64,000 nt of DNA from an uncultured archaeon (GTDB taxonomy: Archaea > Aenigmatarchaeota > Aenigmatarchaeia > QMZP01 > QMZT01). The stretch covers positions 26,081-90,080 of the forward strand of contig CAYFWU010000001.1 in NCBI GenBank assembly GCA_964347025.1, read 5' to 3'. Below, in pieces: positions 46,527 to 56,296 of this stretch. The notes beneath the pieces were generated by a model. That model saw only the letters and a list, made by a program, of their open reading frames with translations, was not told where the DNA came from and searched no databases. The position numbers and the translations under genes were made by a program. The first letter of the stretch is position 1; each line of letters begins with the position of its first letter.

Positions 46527-48017
46527 ATGAAAATCTATTTCATTTTTTTGATACTCTCCCTCTTTCTGATCAGCAATGTCCAAGCAATCGTTATAAACGA
46601 GTTCATGCCGAACCCCCCTGACGTTCATGACAGCTCTGAATGGATTGAGATCACAAGCCACTTTAATACGTCCTTGAAGAATATAGCAGTTGATACCGGC
46701 AACGGGCCGATAACCCTGAATGGCTCTATCGAGGAGAATGAATTCATAATAATCACGAAGAACTCAAGTGCTTTCAAAAAGATATGGGATTCGGAAGTTA
46801 GAATTTTCGAAAGCAGTAAGGTCAAACTCAACAACAAAGGAGATAATATTTCGCTCTACAATGGTTCATCACTTTTACAAAAGATAGAATACAACGCTTC
46901 TGAAACTAACATATCATATGGTCTATGCAATTCGACTTTTATCCTCCAGAACATCTCTACCCCCGGCCTTCCCAACATATGTCTTTCAGGAAATACGAAC
47001 CAGACCAATGAAACCAACGAGACGGGAATGACGAACGAAACCTGCGATCTTTCGTTAACTATAGCATCAGATCTGATTTTCATTTCAGGCGAAAAACACA
47101 ACTATTACCTGAGTGTTGAAGACAAAAAATGTGATCAGAAAGAAAAGGAAGTAAGCATAGAATACTGGATAGAAGACCTATTCGGAGAGATGATAAGATC
47201 CAGATATACCACTACACAGAGCATCACATGCTATAAAAATATATCCAGACAGTGGACCCCAAAAGAAACTGAAGGTTCAGAAGCCTTCTATATAAAGGCA
47301 AGGATAACCAATTTAACCTGTAACGATTCCGACCATTCTAATGATCTCGCTGAAAAAGTAGTTATTGTTAAGGGCAGAATCCCCGATTCAGAAGAATGCC
47401 CTCCATGTGAAATAAAGGAAACAACCTGCTCATACGGGTCCTGCCCAAAATGTATTTGCGAAGAGGAAGAAGAAAAAGAGACAAAAGACTTCAAAATAAT
47501 TTCCTTTCCTGAAGAAATAGAAAAAAATAAAGAAATAGAAATAGAGGTCGAAATAAACAACACCTCCATCTACCGAAAGGACTACACAGTATATTCATAT
47601 GTTTACGAAGGAAACAAAATCCTTTCCGAAGGTTTTGATGGGAATTTTTGGTTCAATACATGGGATGCCAACAGGCAGAATGTGAGTATACCCGGAAATT
47701 CTTCTATTACACTTACACTTAAAAACAGAATCGCAATCGATACAAAACCAGGGAAATACGATCTAAGGGTAAGAATACGGTTTGACGACGAAAAACGCGA
47801 TCTTACAAAGAATATCATAATCAAGGAATCATTTCCAAAACCAAGCAACCAAACAATTGAAGAGGAAAACGAAGCATCGGATGAATTTAACTTTACGAAC
47901 GAAACAATCGAAATGGATTTACCAACGGGAAGAATAATTTCAAAAAGAGAAGAGAATTGGTTTTCTACTTTTATAGAAAACGTAATAAATTTCTTTAAAA
48001 ACCTCTTTAATCTATAA
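46527..48017 (+). CDS. secreted lamin-tail-domain (LTD) protein, sequon-dense and Cys-rich
   Basis: Signal peptide MKIYFIFLILSLFLISNVQA. The LTD signature is INEFMPNPPDVHDSSEWIEI. More than 20 N-x-S/T sequons are present, including NQTNETNETGMTNET. A Cys cluster is CPPCEIKETTCSYGSCPKCIC. Confidence 0.55.
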   Translation: MKIYFIFLILSLFLISNVQAIVINEFMPNPPDVHDSSEWIEITSHFNTSLKNIAVDTGNGPITLNGSIEENEFIIITKNSSAFKKIWDSEVRIFESSKVKLNNKGDNISLYNGSSLLQKIEYNASETNISYGLCNSTFILQNISTPGLPNICLSGNTNQTNETNETGMTNETCDLSLTIASDLIFISGEKHNYYLSVEDKKCDQKEKEVSIEYWIEDLFGEMIRSRYTTTQSITCYKNISRQWTPKETEGSEAFYIKARITNLTCNDSDHSNDLAEKVVIVKGRIPDSEECPPCEIKETTCSYGSCPKCICEEEEEKETKDFKIISFPEEIEKNKEIEIEVEINNTSIYRKDYTVYSYVYEGNKILSEGFDGNFWFNTWDANRQNVSIPGNSSITLTLKNRIAIDTKPGKYDLRVRIRFDDEKRDLTKNIIIKESFPKPSNQTIEEENEASDEFNFTNETIEMDLPTGRIISKREENWFSTFIENVINFFKNLFNL

Positions 48018-48040
48018 ATAGAATCATCAATTACTATTTT

Positions 48041-48114
48041 GGGCCTGTAGCTCAGTTGGATAGAGCAGTAGCCTCCTAAGCTAAAGGTCGGGGGTTCGAA
48101 TCCCCCCAGGCCCG
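48041..48114 (+). tRNA. tRNA-Arg (anticodon CCU)
   Basis: Cloverleaf: acceptor GGGCCUG/CAGGCCC, D-arm GCUC-AGUUGGAUA-GAGC, anticodon loop CU-CCU-AA, T-arm GGGGG-UUCGAAU-CCCCC, discriminator G. Length 74 nt. Confidence 0.8.
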
Positions 48115-48209
48115 TACTAACGTATGACGACTTGGAACGAAAGTGAAGGTCGTCTTACGAAAATTTGGGTAAAGATAGTTTTATAACTTTTCAAAAATAA
48201 ATTATAAGC

Positions 48210-48971
48210 ATGACTAGAATTATAACAATTGCTTCTGGAAAGGGAGGAGTGGGAAAAACAACAATCGTCGCGAATCTGGCGACTGCCCTTGCACTATATG
48301 GCAAATCTGTAGTGGCGCTTGATGCCAATCTGACGACATCCAACCTCGGTCTGCATCTGGGTATTCATTTGTATCCAAAAACCCTGCATGATGTTTTGGA
48401 GGGGAAGGCAGGAATACAGGATGCAACCTACCAACATAAGACAGGATTCAGGGTAGTACCCGCGGACATATCCCTCAGAAAGATGAGAAACATCAAATCC
48501 GATGATTTTGTTAACGTTTTTTACAAACTAATGGAAGGTACGGATTTTATCTTGATAGACTCGGCTGCAGGCCTAGGGAAAGAAGCCCAGTCATCCATAG
48601 AAGCGGCAGACGAGCTCATAACCGTGACAAACCCCGAACTTCCGGCTGTGACTGATGCAATGAAACTGGGATTGCTTGCAGAGAAATTTGAAACCCATAA
48701 TCTTGGTGTGGTTGTTAACCGGATAAAAAGGGAATCACATGAGGTTCCAATAGAACATATAGAGGAGATGCTGGGGGTTCCGGTGATCGGAAGGATCCCA
48801 GAGGACAGGGAAGTTCGCAAGTCGATCGCCCTGAAGGAGCCAATTGTTTATCACAACCCCAGATCCCATGCTGCACAGCACATACGATCGATAGCAGCAG
48901 GGCTCATAGGAGAGGAATACACACCTAGAAAACCATGGAGTCTTCGCCTATTTGGTTGGATGACAAGGTAA
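48210..48971 (+). CDS. minD: MinD/ParA-family P-loop ATPase
   Basis: The deviant Walker A motif SGKGGVGKTT. Length 253 aa. Confidence 0.8.
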   Translation: MTRIITIASGKGGVGKTTIVANLATALALYGKSVVALDANLTTSNLGLHLGIHLYPKTLHDVLEGKAGIQDATYQHKTGFRVVPADISLRKMRNIKSDDFVNVFYKLMEGTDFILIDSAAGLGKEAQSSIEAADELITVTNPELPAVTDAMKLGLLAEKFETHNLGVVVNRIKRESHEVPIEHIEEMLGVPVIGRIPEDREVRKSIALKEPIVYHNPRSHAAQHIRSIAAGLIGEEYTPRKPWSLRLFGWMTR

Positions 48972-48977
48972 AATAAA

Positions 48978-50645
48978 TCACACAAAGCTTACATGGCTCC
49001 CTTCAATGCATGTTTTGTGTATTTGCCATAATATTTGGTTGGCTTTATCTTCTCTGCACATCGGAGGACAATCCGGTAGCGTTAATTTGTCTTGAAAAAC
49101 CTGTTTTCGTTTGTCAGAATTCCAGATTTTTATGAAGCTATCTTCATTTAAATCCCCATAAGCGAAATTATCCAGACCTCTTGTATAACAGCATGGATAC
49201 ATCTTTCCATCGGCTGCAACAATTGAGGTAAAATGGTCCCTAAAACATTCGGTAAGTTTATCTTCAATTGACGATGGGTTTTTCATGCTTTCATACTTGA
49301 ACTTAGTTGCTATAACACGGAAGTCGTCATTATCGAATAATTTTTGACATTTCTCTATTGTCGGCACAACGTAAGTTTTATCATAATGGAATGGTCGAAA
49401 TTGTACGTAATTCACATTGGCAAATCTTCCTCTCTCAGCGAATTCCATCATCCCTTCTTCATTTTCCTCATTTGTGAGGTAGCCCACACCCACTGTGCAT
49501 GACGGATTATGTTTATCTCTTGCCTCTGTGAGCAATTCAACGTTTTTCCAGACTTTAAAAAATTCGCTTTCCTCCACTCCACGGTATAGGCTGTAGGCCA
49601 TAGAATTTGGATATTCAATACTTACTCTAACATAGGTGCAATTTTCCACGAGGATTTTTGCGATTTCTTTTGTTATTAACGATCCGTTTGTAATCAAGGC
49701 CGGTTCTATCCCCTTATCCTTTGCGTATACAATGGCATAAATTGAGCTTTCATTACATAACGGTTCGCCTCCGCCTGTGAATATAAAGCCTTTGGCGAAT
49801 TCACTCACCTGGTCTGTAAAATCTTTCATAAATTCAAGTGATAATGATGAATTACTGTATCTATTACCCGAACAATCTTTGCAATTTTGATTACAATCAT
49901 TGGTAGGGTCTATCTGAAAGGTGACTGGTAAAGTAGTGCTTGTCTTTAACCATTCATCTATCCTGTCAGGATAACAGAATATTTTAAAATCCGTTAAGAT
50001 ATCATCTTCAGGCAATTTTATTTTAATATATCCTAGGTCTTTCTTATGCGATGGATCTATCTGTGCAACAACTTCCTTGAATTCGAAGAAAAAATCAGTA
50101 GGGTGTTGCCTGTCCCAAATAACACAATTTGCTATTGGGTGTTGTGCTAATGTTTTTTGTTCTAACTCTTTGCATAAGTTCGGTTCATTCCAACTTGTAA
50201 CCAAATAATCAGAAGGAAATCTAAAATGTCTTTCAGCCTTGTCAATCACAACGGTCGCGAATCCATGTTCTTTTTTAAGACTGATTAACGCTTCCTCATT
50301 CAGCTTGAGGTCATTGATCGGTAGAACAACTACTGACGGTTTTGTTCGGTTGACATCCCTTTCGAATTCTCCGAAACTTGTTGCCACTGTATCCACAGAA
50401 AAGCCAGCTTGATTGTAAGATCTGCTGAGACTATAATCGATAGTTTGTCTCTTAGGAGCCTTCCAAAAGGAAGGATCATCGTGACAATATACTAGATATC
50501 TGTGGGCGGATCCTTCATCAAATAACAGAGACACCCCTCTCAGTTCAGATCTCGGTTTGTACAGAGCTAATTTTAAAAATTCAATAATACCTGAATTATA
50601 GGCACCGCTCAACTTATCGAAATCTATGTATTTGCCAACTTTCAT
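48978..50645 (-). CDS. radical SAM / SPASM-like enzyme with a ~250-aa N-terminal domain of unknown function
   Basis: CNQNCKDCSG is the CxxxCxxC motif. A Gly-rich SAM site is FTGGGEPL. C-terminal Cys motifs are PCCYTRG and DCPPMCRE. Confidence 0.6.
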   Translation of the reverse strand: MKVGKYIDFDKLSGAYNSGIIEFLKLALYKPRSELRGVSLLFDEGSAHRYLVYCHDDPSFWKAPKRQTIDYSLSRSYNQAGFSVDTVATSFGEFERDVNRTKPSVVVLPINDLKLNEEALISLKKEHGFATVVIDKAERHFRFPSDYLVTSWNEPNLCKELEQKTLAQHPIANCVIWDRQHPTDFFFEFKEVVAQIDPSHKKDLGYIKIKLPEDDILTDFKIFCYPDRIDEWLKTSTTLPVTFQIDPTNDCNQNCKDCSGNRYSNSSLSLEFMKDFTDQVSEFAKGFIFTGGGEPLCNESSIYAIVYAKDKGIEPALITNGSLITKEIAKILVENCTYVRVSIEYPNSMAYSLYRGVEESEFFKVWKNVELLTEARDKHNPSCTVGVGYLTNEENEEGMMEFAERGRFANVNYVQFRPFHYDKTYVVPTIEKCQKLFDNDDFRVIATKFKYESMKNPSSIEDKLTECFRDHFTSIVAADGKMYPCCYTRGLDNFAYGDLNEDSFIKIWNSDKRKQVFQDKLTLPDCPPMCREDKANQILWQIHKTCIEGSHVSFV

Positions 50646-50704
50646 TATAAAATGATCTTTTTAGTATATTTAAATATTTTGTTATGTAAAAGTAGTAATT
50701 TATG

Positions 50705-52378
50705 TTATTTTTTCGTAAGCGGTAACAAATCAGTCAAGTTAATCTCGAACGCGCAGACGGGCTGCTCGATCCCGAAATTGTCAAGGACCTGTGGATGGAT
50801 CTCACCGATGTACGCGATTTTCTTACCTTTAACAGAGACCCTTCCTGCTCTTCCCGGGATGAAGGAGGGATGTTCTGTTTTGCTTATAATATAGTCTAAA
50901 CCGAGGTTTCTCATCAGGAAATCTAAACTCTGTTTCGCAGTTGTGAAATTCGCTTCAGAACCAGCGAATGCCCAAGCAAGTCTCGTGGGGTTCCTTGATC
51001 TCGTTTCTGCCCTTTCATCAAAGAGAACGACTTCCCCCATCTCGAATACATTCTGCGGATATTCCTTGTTGGTGTTCTTCCCAAGAAATTCAATCAGCGA
51101 TGGAGTGATCCATGTACGAAACACACTCCAGTTTTTGGAGACAGGGTTATCAACCTCTATCACTTTCACGGATTCCAGATTCATCTTTTTTATGAGATTA
51201 TCCCTGTTTGTGAGGATGTATGAAAGAACTTCTTGAGAGCCTAGTCCTGTCATTATGTTCGAAACACTTTTAGAGAGTTGGTTTGTCCTTGTTAGTTCGC
51301 CAAGTGTTGACATTTTTGGCACTGCGGGCTCAATCCTGTTGTAACCGTAGGAAACTATCACGTCCTCTATTACATCAACCTCATGCATGATGTCCTGTCT
51401 GTAGGCCGGGTAGTAAACAAGAAGTTTCCTGCCCCTTGTTTTTACGTCGTATCTTGATTCCAAAAGAAGTTTTTTGATCTGGTCTACCTTTAAATCAAGA
51501 CCGGAAAGTTTTCTCACTCTGTCGATATCTACCATCATTTCCCTCGGTTCGAGATCTGGTGTTTTCATCCTTCCTTCCGGAGAAATCACGTCAACGGTCT
51601 CGATCTTCCCTCCCCTGTCGGCGAGGGCGGAAACCATTATGTTGAGAGATGGGAGAAGGAAATTCATATCGGAACCCGAGCATTCAATGAATACATCCCT
51701 GGTCTTCTTCGTAACCTTTCCCGTGTAATCCGAATTTATAATGGGTGGCATTGATAGAACTTGTTTCTTAGAGTCTATGAATATAGGGTATTTTTCAAAA
51801 TTCGCCAGCAAATGCCCGTATTCTTTCCCCTTAGGATGTTGAGAGAGGATCTGCCTTAGGTCCAGTTCCTTATCGAAATCAAGGGCAATGAATTTGATAT
51901 CATCAGGCTTGTACGCTCGGAAGTAAATGGGAGGTGATATCCTGTGGTAATCATATATGCCTAATGCAACCTCCTTCCTGTTCCTTCCGAAGGTTTCGCA
52001 TATCTTTTCCTGGAGCTGTATCATTTGGAATAGCATCTCATCATCGATCTTCAGACCCTTCACAACTGCGCACACCGTTCTCGGCCTTATGTTTTTCAGA
52101 CTTTTGTCAATTATCACTCTAAGGCCGGATTTCCTCATCTTGTATTTAACCAATCCCTTGTCCTTCGTGTATCTAGCGCGTAGTTCCCTCGCAACCCCCT
52201 CGGCAGACCAAAGGTCGGGCCTGTTGGTATCGGCGATCTCTATCTTTATTCTATCGCCTTCCCTTGATTCCACCTCTCCTTTTACGTATTCCAATGCCTC
52301 ATCCAGTTGCCTGTGGGTGAATTTCTTTCCCGCGAGCCTGTTCAAATCTTTCAACGAAATTTCAATGGTCGGCATCAC
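50705..52378 (-). CDS. pheT: phenylalanyl-tRNA synthetase beta subunit (archaeal type)
   Basis: 557 aa with a B3/B4 domain. 4-nt overlap with pheS. Confidence 0.85.
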   Translation of the reverse strand: MMPTIEISLKDLNRLAGKKFTHRQLDEALEYVKGEVESREGDRIKIEIADTNRPDLWSAEGVARELRARYTKDKGLVKYKMRKSGLRVIIDKSLKNIRPRTVCAVVKGLKIDDEMLFQMIQLQEKICETFGRNRKEVALGIYDYHRISPPIYFRAYKPDDIKFIALDFDKELDLRQILSQHPKGKEYGHLLANFEKYPIFIDSKKQVLSMPPIINSDYTGKVTKKTRDVFIECSGSDMNFLLPSLNIMVSALADRGGKIETVDVISPEGRMKTPDLEPREMMVDIDRVRKLSGLDLKVDQIKKLLLESRYDVKTRGRKLLVYYPAYRQDIMHEVDVIEDVIVSYGYNRIEPAVPKMSTLGELTRTNQLSKSVSNIMTGLGSQEVLSYILTNRDNLIKKMNLESVKVIEVDNPVSKNWSVFRTWITPSLIEFLGKNTNKEYPQNVFEMGEVVLFDERAETRSRNPTRLAWAFAGSEANFTTAKQSLDFLMRNLGLDYIISKTEHPSFIPGRAGRVSVKGKKIAYIGEIHPQVLDNFGIEQPVCAFEINLTDLLPLTKK

Positions 52379-53889
52379 AACACCTTCTTAGATTTTCTCA
52401 GGAATTCAATATCATGTGAAAATACATTTCGTATATCCTTTATATTCAGTTTAATCATCGCCAGACGATCTATCCCAAACCCCCATGCTATAACAGGTTC
52501 CTTCACGCCTAGCGGTTCGGTCAGTTCAGGCCTGAATACACCTGCCCCTGCAAGTTCAACCCAGCCGAATTTTGGGTGTTTTGCCGAGATCTGGACAGAG
52601 GGTTCTGTGAAGGGGAAGTAATCAGGAACAAATCTGGTTTCCTCAATGCCCGTGGTCTCAAAAACAAACTGGTTGAGCAAACCGAGCAGGTGCCTGAAAG
52701 ACAATTCTTTATCGATCACGAACCCTCCCAGTTGATTGAACTCCACACCATGCGTTGAATCTATAACATCCGGCCTAAAGCAGCGAACTAGGTTAAAGTA
52801 CCTGCCGGGGACCTCAACCCCCTTTGCAAGGTAGCGAGGAGATATGGCGGTATCATGCGCTCTGGGCATCAGCTGCGAAGAGATCTTTTCACTCCATTCA
52901 TAACCCCATCCCTTTGAACCGGTCTTCCAACCGTTCTCATGCGTGTGCTTGACATTTTTAACTATTCTCCTATCAGGAAGCCTACCGTATCTGGGCTCTC
53001 TGATCCGATAGGTGGCACTCCAGTCTCTTGCAGGATGGTTCTGCGGCTGGTAGAGTGCATCGAAATTGAAGAACTCCAATTCTATTATCGGGCCTTCCAT
53101 TTCCTTAAAGCCCAGCTTAATGAGAGTTTCCCTAACATTCTGAATGAATTCGCTGTACGGGTGTCTCTTGCCACCGTATATTTCAGGAACATTTATCTTG
53201 ATGTCATACCTCCTGAATCCCTTTCCCTTCCAAGACCTGTCTTTCAACATCTTTGGTGACAATTTTTCTATCAGGTCTCCTATTTTTGTTTTTTTGAATT
53301 TCAACAAAACCTCCTTTCCCAAATTAGTGATATCTACATACTTTAGCTTCATTTCCTCCTTCTTAACGATCCTTTTCCTCTTGCTCAGCCTGGAGTATAC
53401 GGTTCTGTCCTCCCCCCTCAGATCTGATACCTTGAGAGGTAGCCTCTTCAAAAATTTTTCCTCAATAAATCCATCCTTGAGCAGTTCCCTCTTTTTTTCT
53501 GTCGCCTCCACCCTGTCACCAAGTATCGATATCGCATACTTTGATTTCAATATACCTAAACAAACCCTGACCTCATCATCGTTTAGTTTGGCCTTTTCCT
53601 TTATCTCCGAAAGACTCATTTCACCATCAAGATTTTCCAGAAACCTCCTTTCCGGCAGGCCCTTCTCAAGATAGAACCTCCCGTTTTCATCTAGATTTAT
53701 GATCTCTCTGGAGACAGATTTTATTTTCAGAACATTCTTATTTTCAAGCCATTGAAGCGCGCGCATGGCCTCGATCTTTTTCATTCCTGATTTCTCAGCC
53801 AGATCTTCCAATTCGATGCTGTCTCTTAGAAACGGAATAACCTTTCTTTCTAGGGGATGTAAAGTTTCCAGAAGCTCCTGAACCCTCAT
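52375..53889 (-). CDS. pheS: phenylalanyl-tRNA synthetase alpha subunit
   Basis: Class II motifs FRPD, GVEFNQLGGFV and GFGIDRLAM. Length 504 aa. Confidence 0.85.
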   Translation of the reverse strand: MRVQELLETLHPLERKVIPFLRDSIELEDLAEKSGMKKIEAMRALQWLENKNVLKIKSVSREIINLDENGRFYLEKGLPERRFLENLDGEMSLSEIKEKAKLNDDEVRVCLGILKSKYAISILGDRVEATEKKRELLKDGFIEEKFLKRLPLKVSDLRGEDRTVYSRLSKRKRIVKKEEMKLKYVDITNLGKEVLLKFKKTKIGDLIEKLSPKMLKDRSWKGKGFRRYDIKINVPEIYGGKRHPYSEFIQNVRETLIKLGFKEMEGPIIELEFFNFDALYQPQNHPARDWSATYRIREPRYGRLPDRRIVKNVKHTHENGWKTGSKGWGYEWSEKISSQLMPRAHDTAISPRYLAKGVEVPGRYFNLVRCFRPDVIDSTHGVEFNQLGGFVIDKELSFRHLLGLLNQFVFETTGIEETRFVPDYFPFTEPSVQISAKHPKFGWVELAGAGVFRPELTEPLGVKEPVIAWGFGIDRLAMIKLNIKDIRNVFSHDIEFLRKSKKVL

Positions 53890-53926
53890 AAGTTATTATA
53901 AGAAGTAATTGTTTTTATAATTTGAT

Positions 53927-54526
53927 TCACTCAACTTTGTACAGCACACCAACCATGTGCAGATCCTCTTCAGTCGATACAAGTTTCATTCTTGGCATCG
54001 AGGTTTCCTTTATCAGTTGTTTGATGCTCATTTTTTCTTCGTATCCGTTCTTCACTGACATAAAATGTTCGACCAGCCAAGATTTTTTCGGGACAAAGAA
54101 CATCAGGAACCCCCCATCTTTAACGAATTTTTTATGCAGTAAAATTATCTCCCTTCTTTCCTTGGGATGAAAGTGTTCTATCAGACCATCGGAAAAAACC
54201 AGATCATGCCTTCCCTTGTAATCGAACATGTCGGCCAGAATGTAATTCACATCTCCATTTTTCACGACCCTTTTGAACACTTCATATGCCTTTTTATTGT
54301 CGTCTATTATAGTCCCTCTGCATCCGTATTTTTTGCAGAGAAGTCCGCAGATGTAGCCCGAACCTCCCCCTAACTCAAGAATACTTTTACCTTTCAGGCT
54401 CAGGTCTTTAAGGAGCCTGAAATAACTCCTAGCTCGGAATCTTTCGTAAATTCTATAGAACAGAAAGGATCTGAATGACAGCTTTCTTTCCCAGAACTTT
54501 GTCCAGTCAAGTTCGCTTTCGATCAT
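53927..54526 (-). CDS. class I SAM-dependent methyltransferase
   Basis: Motif I ILELGGGSGY. Length 199 aa. Confidence 0.65.
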   Translation of the reverse strand: MIESELDWTKFWERKLSFRSFLFYRIYERFRARSYFRLLKDLSLKGKSILELGGGSGYICGLLCKKYGCRGTIIDDNKKAYEVFKRVVKNGDVNYILADMFDYKGRHDLVFSDGLIEHFHPKERREIILLHKKFVKDGGFLMFFVPKKSWLVEHFMSVKNGYEEKMSIKQLIKETSMPRMKLVSTEEDLHMVGVLYKVE

Positions 54527-54578
54527 AAATTTATTAAGTTAACATCAAATATAAATTACAACTCACGGGAATGATTTT

Positions 54579-55568
54579 ATGAAAATGAATAATATATTTT
54601 TCAACTCGATCACGGCGAGCCTTCCCAAGAATGTGATACAGTTCGCATTCGGAGTCTTGCTGTTTTGGTTAATAATGGGAAATTTTGAAATCCTTCTGGC
54701 AATCACGGCAATGGTGGCCTTTGTGATCACGTATTCCTCGGTCTACATGTACAACGACATAGTGGATTATAAGGTTGACAGAAAGGACAAAGAGAAACTG
54801 AAATGGAAACTGATAGCAAGCGGGGACTTGAGCATAAAGAAAGCGAAATATATGTCCTTGGCTTTTTTGGTGGTGGGCCCTTCACTCTCGCTCTTCGTTA
54901 ACAAATGGTTTTTGATGATAATGATAGTTCTGCTATTTTTGAATTTCCTTCACACCTCTCCCAGAACCAAGTTCAAGAGCAGTGTTACAAAGACCAGCAT
55001 AAATATGACGATCATTGAATTTCTGAAATATAGTACGGGATGGTTCGCCCTCACCTCGAACATCTCGCAATTCCCCTTCTGGCTGGTCGTGTCCGTTTCT
55101 TTTATCTACACAACAGGTTACATGCTTTACAAGTTCAGGTTCAAGGGAAAGGAAATAAAAAGGAAAAAACCGCTCTTCTGGATCTTTGGTATAGTCAGCG
55201 GTCTCTCCTACGGGGTTTCAATCTTCTTATACGGCTTCCCTCTAAGCCTGCTGTTCTTGATAACGATAGCAGTTACAAGCTTCCTGTTCTTCAAACACAT
55301 TAAATTTGTCTCCTACAGGACAAAGAACATGATGTTTGTCGGGTATCTGTTACTGGGTGTTTTCATAGTATCATTTCTGATCCTGATAAATCCTGTTGTT
55401 GCAGAGATAAATGATGAAATGGCGAAGGAAATAGATATTCAAAAGGGAAAAATATCTGAAAAATTGCCAGAATCCTTTATACAATCAATCGAGGGTATCT
55501 CGAATGAGCTGAAGAAATACGAAAGCCTGGAAGACATAGAAGATAAATTGAACTTCAAATGTAATTGA
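54579..55568 (+). CDS. UbiA-family prenyltransferase with a C-terminal coiled-coil extension
   Basis: Asp-rich motif YNDIVDYKVDRKDKEK (NDxxDxxxD), 7-8 TM helices. Confidence 0.6.
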   Translation: MKMNNIFFNSITASLPKNVIQFAFGVLLFWLIMGNFEILLAITAMVAFVITYSSVYMYNDIVDYKVDRKDKEKLKWKLIASGDLSIKKAKYMSLAFLVVGPSLSLFVNKWFLMIMIVLLFLNFLHTSPRTKFKSSVTKTSINMTIIEFLKYSTGWFALTSNISQFPFWLVVSVSFIYTTGYMLYKFRFKGKEIKRKKPLFWIFGIVSGLSYGVSIFLYGFPLSLLFLITIAVTSFLFFKHIKFVSYRTKNMMFVGYLLLGVFIVSFLILINPVVAEINDEMAKEIDIQKGKISEKLPESFIQSIEGISNELKKYESLEDIEDKLNFKCN

Positions 55569-55572
55569 AAAT

Positions 55573-56244
55573 TTACCTGAACCTTTTCTGGAAAAAAGTC
55601 TTTATGTGAGGTTTCGCCCCTGTTTTTTCACCTGAAATTTTGGTCTTGCCTGATTTTATCGCCTTCATCACACTTTCCTTATCCGGTTCAGAATTCACCA
55701 ATGTTATCCCCTTACCTATCTCTTCCTCAAAGTGTGCATCAGAACCAGCCAAAAGAGGTAAACCCTTCTCCTCTGAAAACCCGACCGCTTTCTTATTGAA
55801 TCTGTTGAACATGCTTCTTGCATTAAAGCCTTCTACAGCATCTGCATATTTCACGATCTTGTAGACAGAACTCCCTAGACCCATCCTTAAGCTATCAAAG
55901 GGATGGGGAAGAACGATAAAGCCTCCGAGTTTCTTAACAATTTTGCACGTTTCTATAAGGTCCATGAACTGGGGGATCGTTTTGTCTATGTTGAATGCGA
56001 TTATTTCCCCTTCCTTTGTTTTTATTTCCTCACCGACAAAAACAACGAGGTCTTTGGCTATTTTTTTTGCGAGGTCTTCCGTCTCCTTTCCTCCATCAAC
56101 ACTTCCATGGTCTAGAACGCCTATGATGTCAAGACCGGCTTCCTTCGCCCTCTTTATAATAATTTCAGGCGTCAGATTGCTGTCTAAAGAATGATAGGTG
56201 TGTATGTGGAAATCCCCCTTCAGGTCACGTTTGGCTTCTGACAT
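55573..56244 (-). CDS. PHP-domain metal-dependent phosphoesterase
   Basis: DFHIHTYHSLDS and a downstream His motif. Length 223 aa. Confidence 0.65.
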   Translation of the reverse strand: MSEAKRDLKGDFHIHTYHSLDSNLTPEIIIKRAKEAGLDIIGVLDHGSVDGGKETEDLAKKIAKDLVVFVGEEIKTKEGEIIAFNIDKTIPQFMDLIETCKIVKKLGGFIVLPHPFDSLRMGLGSSVYKIVKYADAVEGFNARSMFNRFNKKAVGFSEEKGLPLLAGSDAHFEEEIGKGITLVNSEPDKESVMKAIKSGKTKISGEKTGAKPHIKTFFQKRFR

Positions 56245-56296
56245 AGATTATTCTTATTAAAGAAACTCTAATAAATTTATATAATCAGGTGTTTTT

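Noticed and set aside
53144-53674. 176-aa plus-strand ORF
   Set aside because: It is antisense to PheRS alpha and has low-complexity Ser/Phe/Leu composition.
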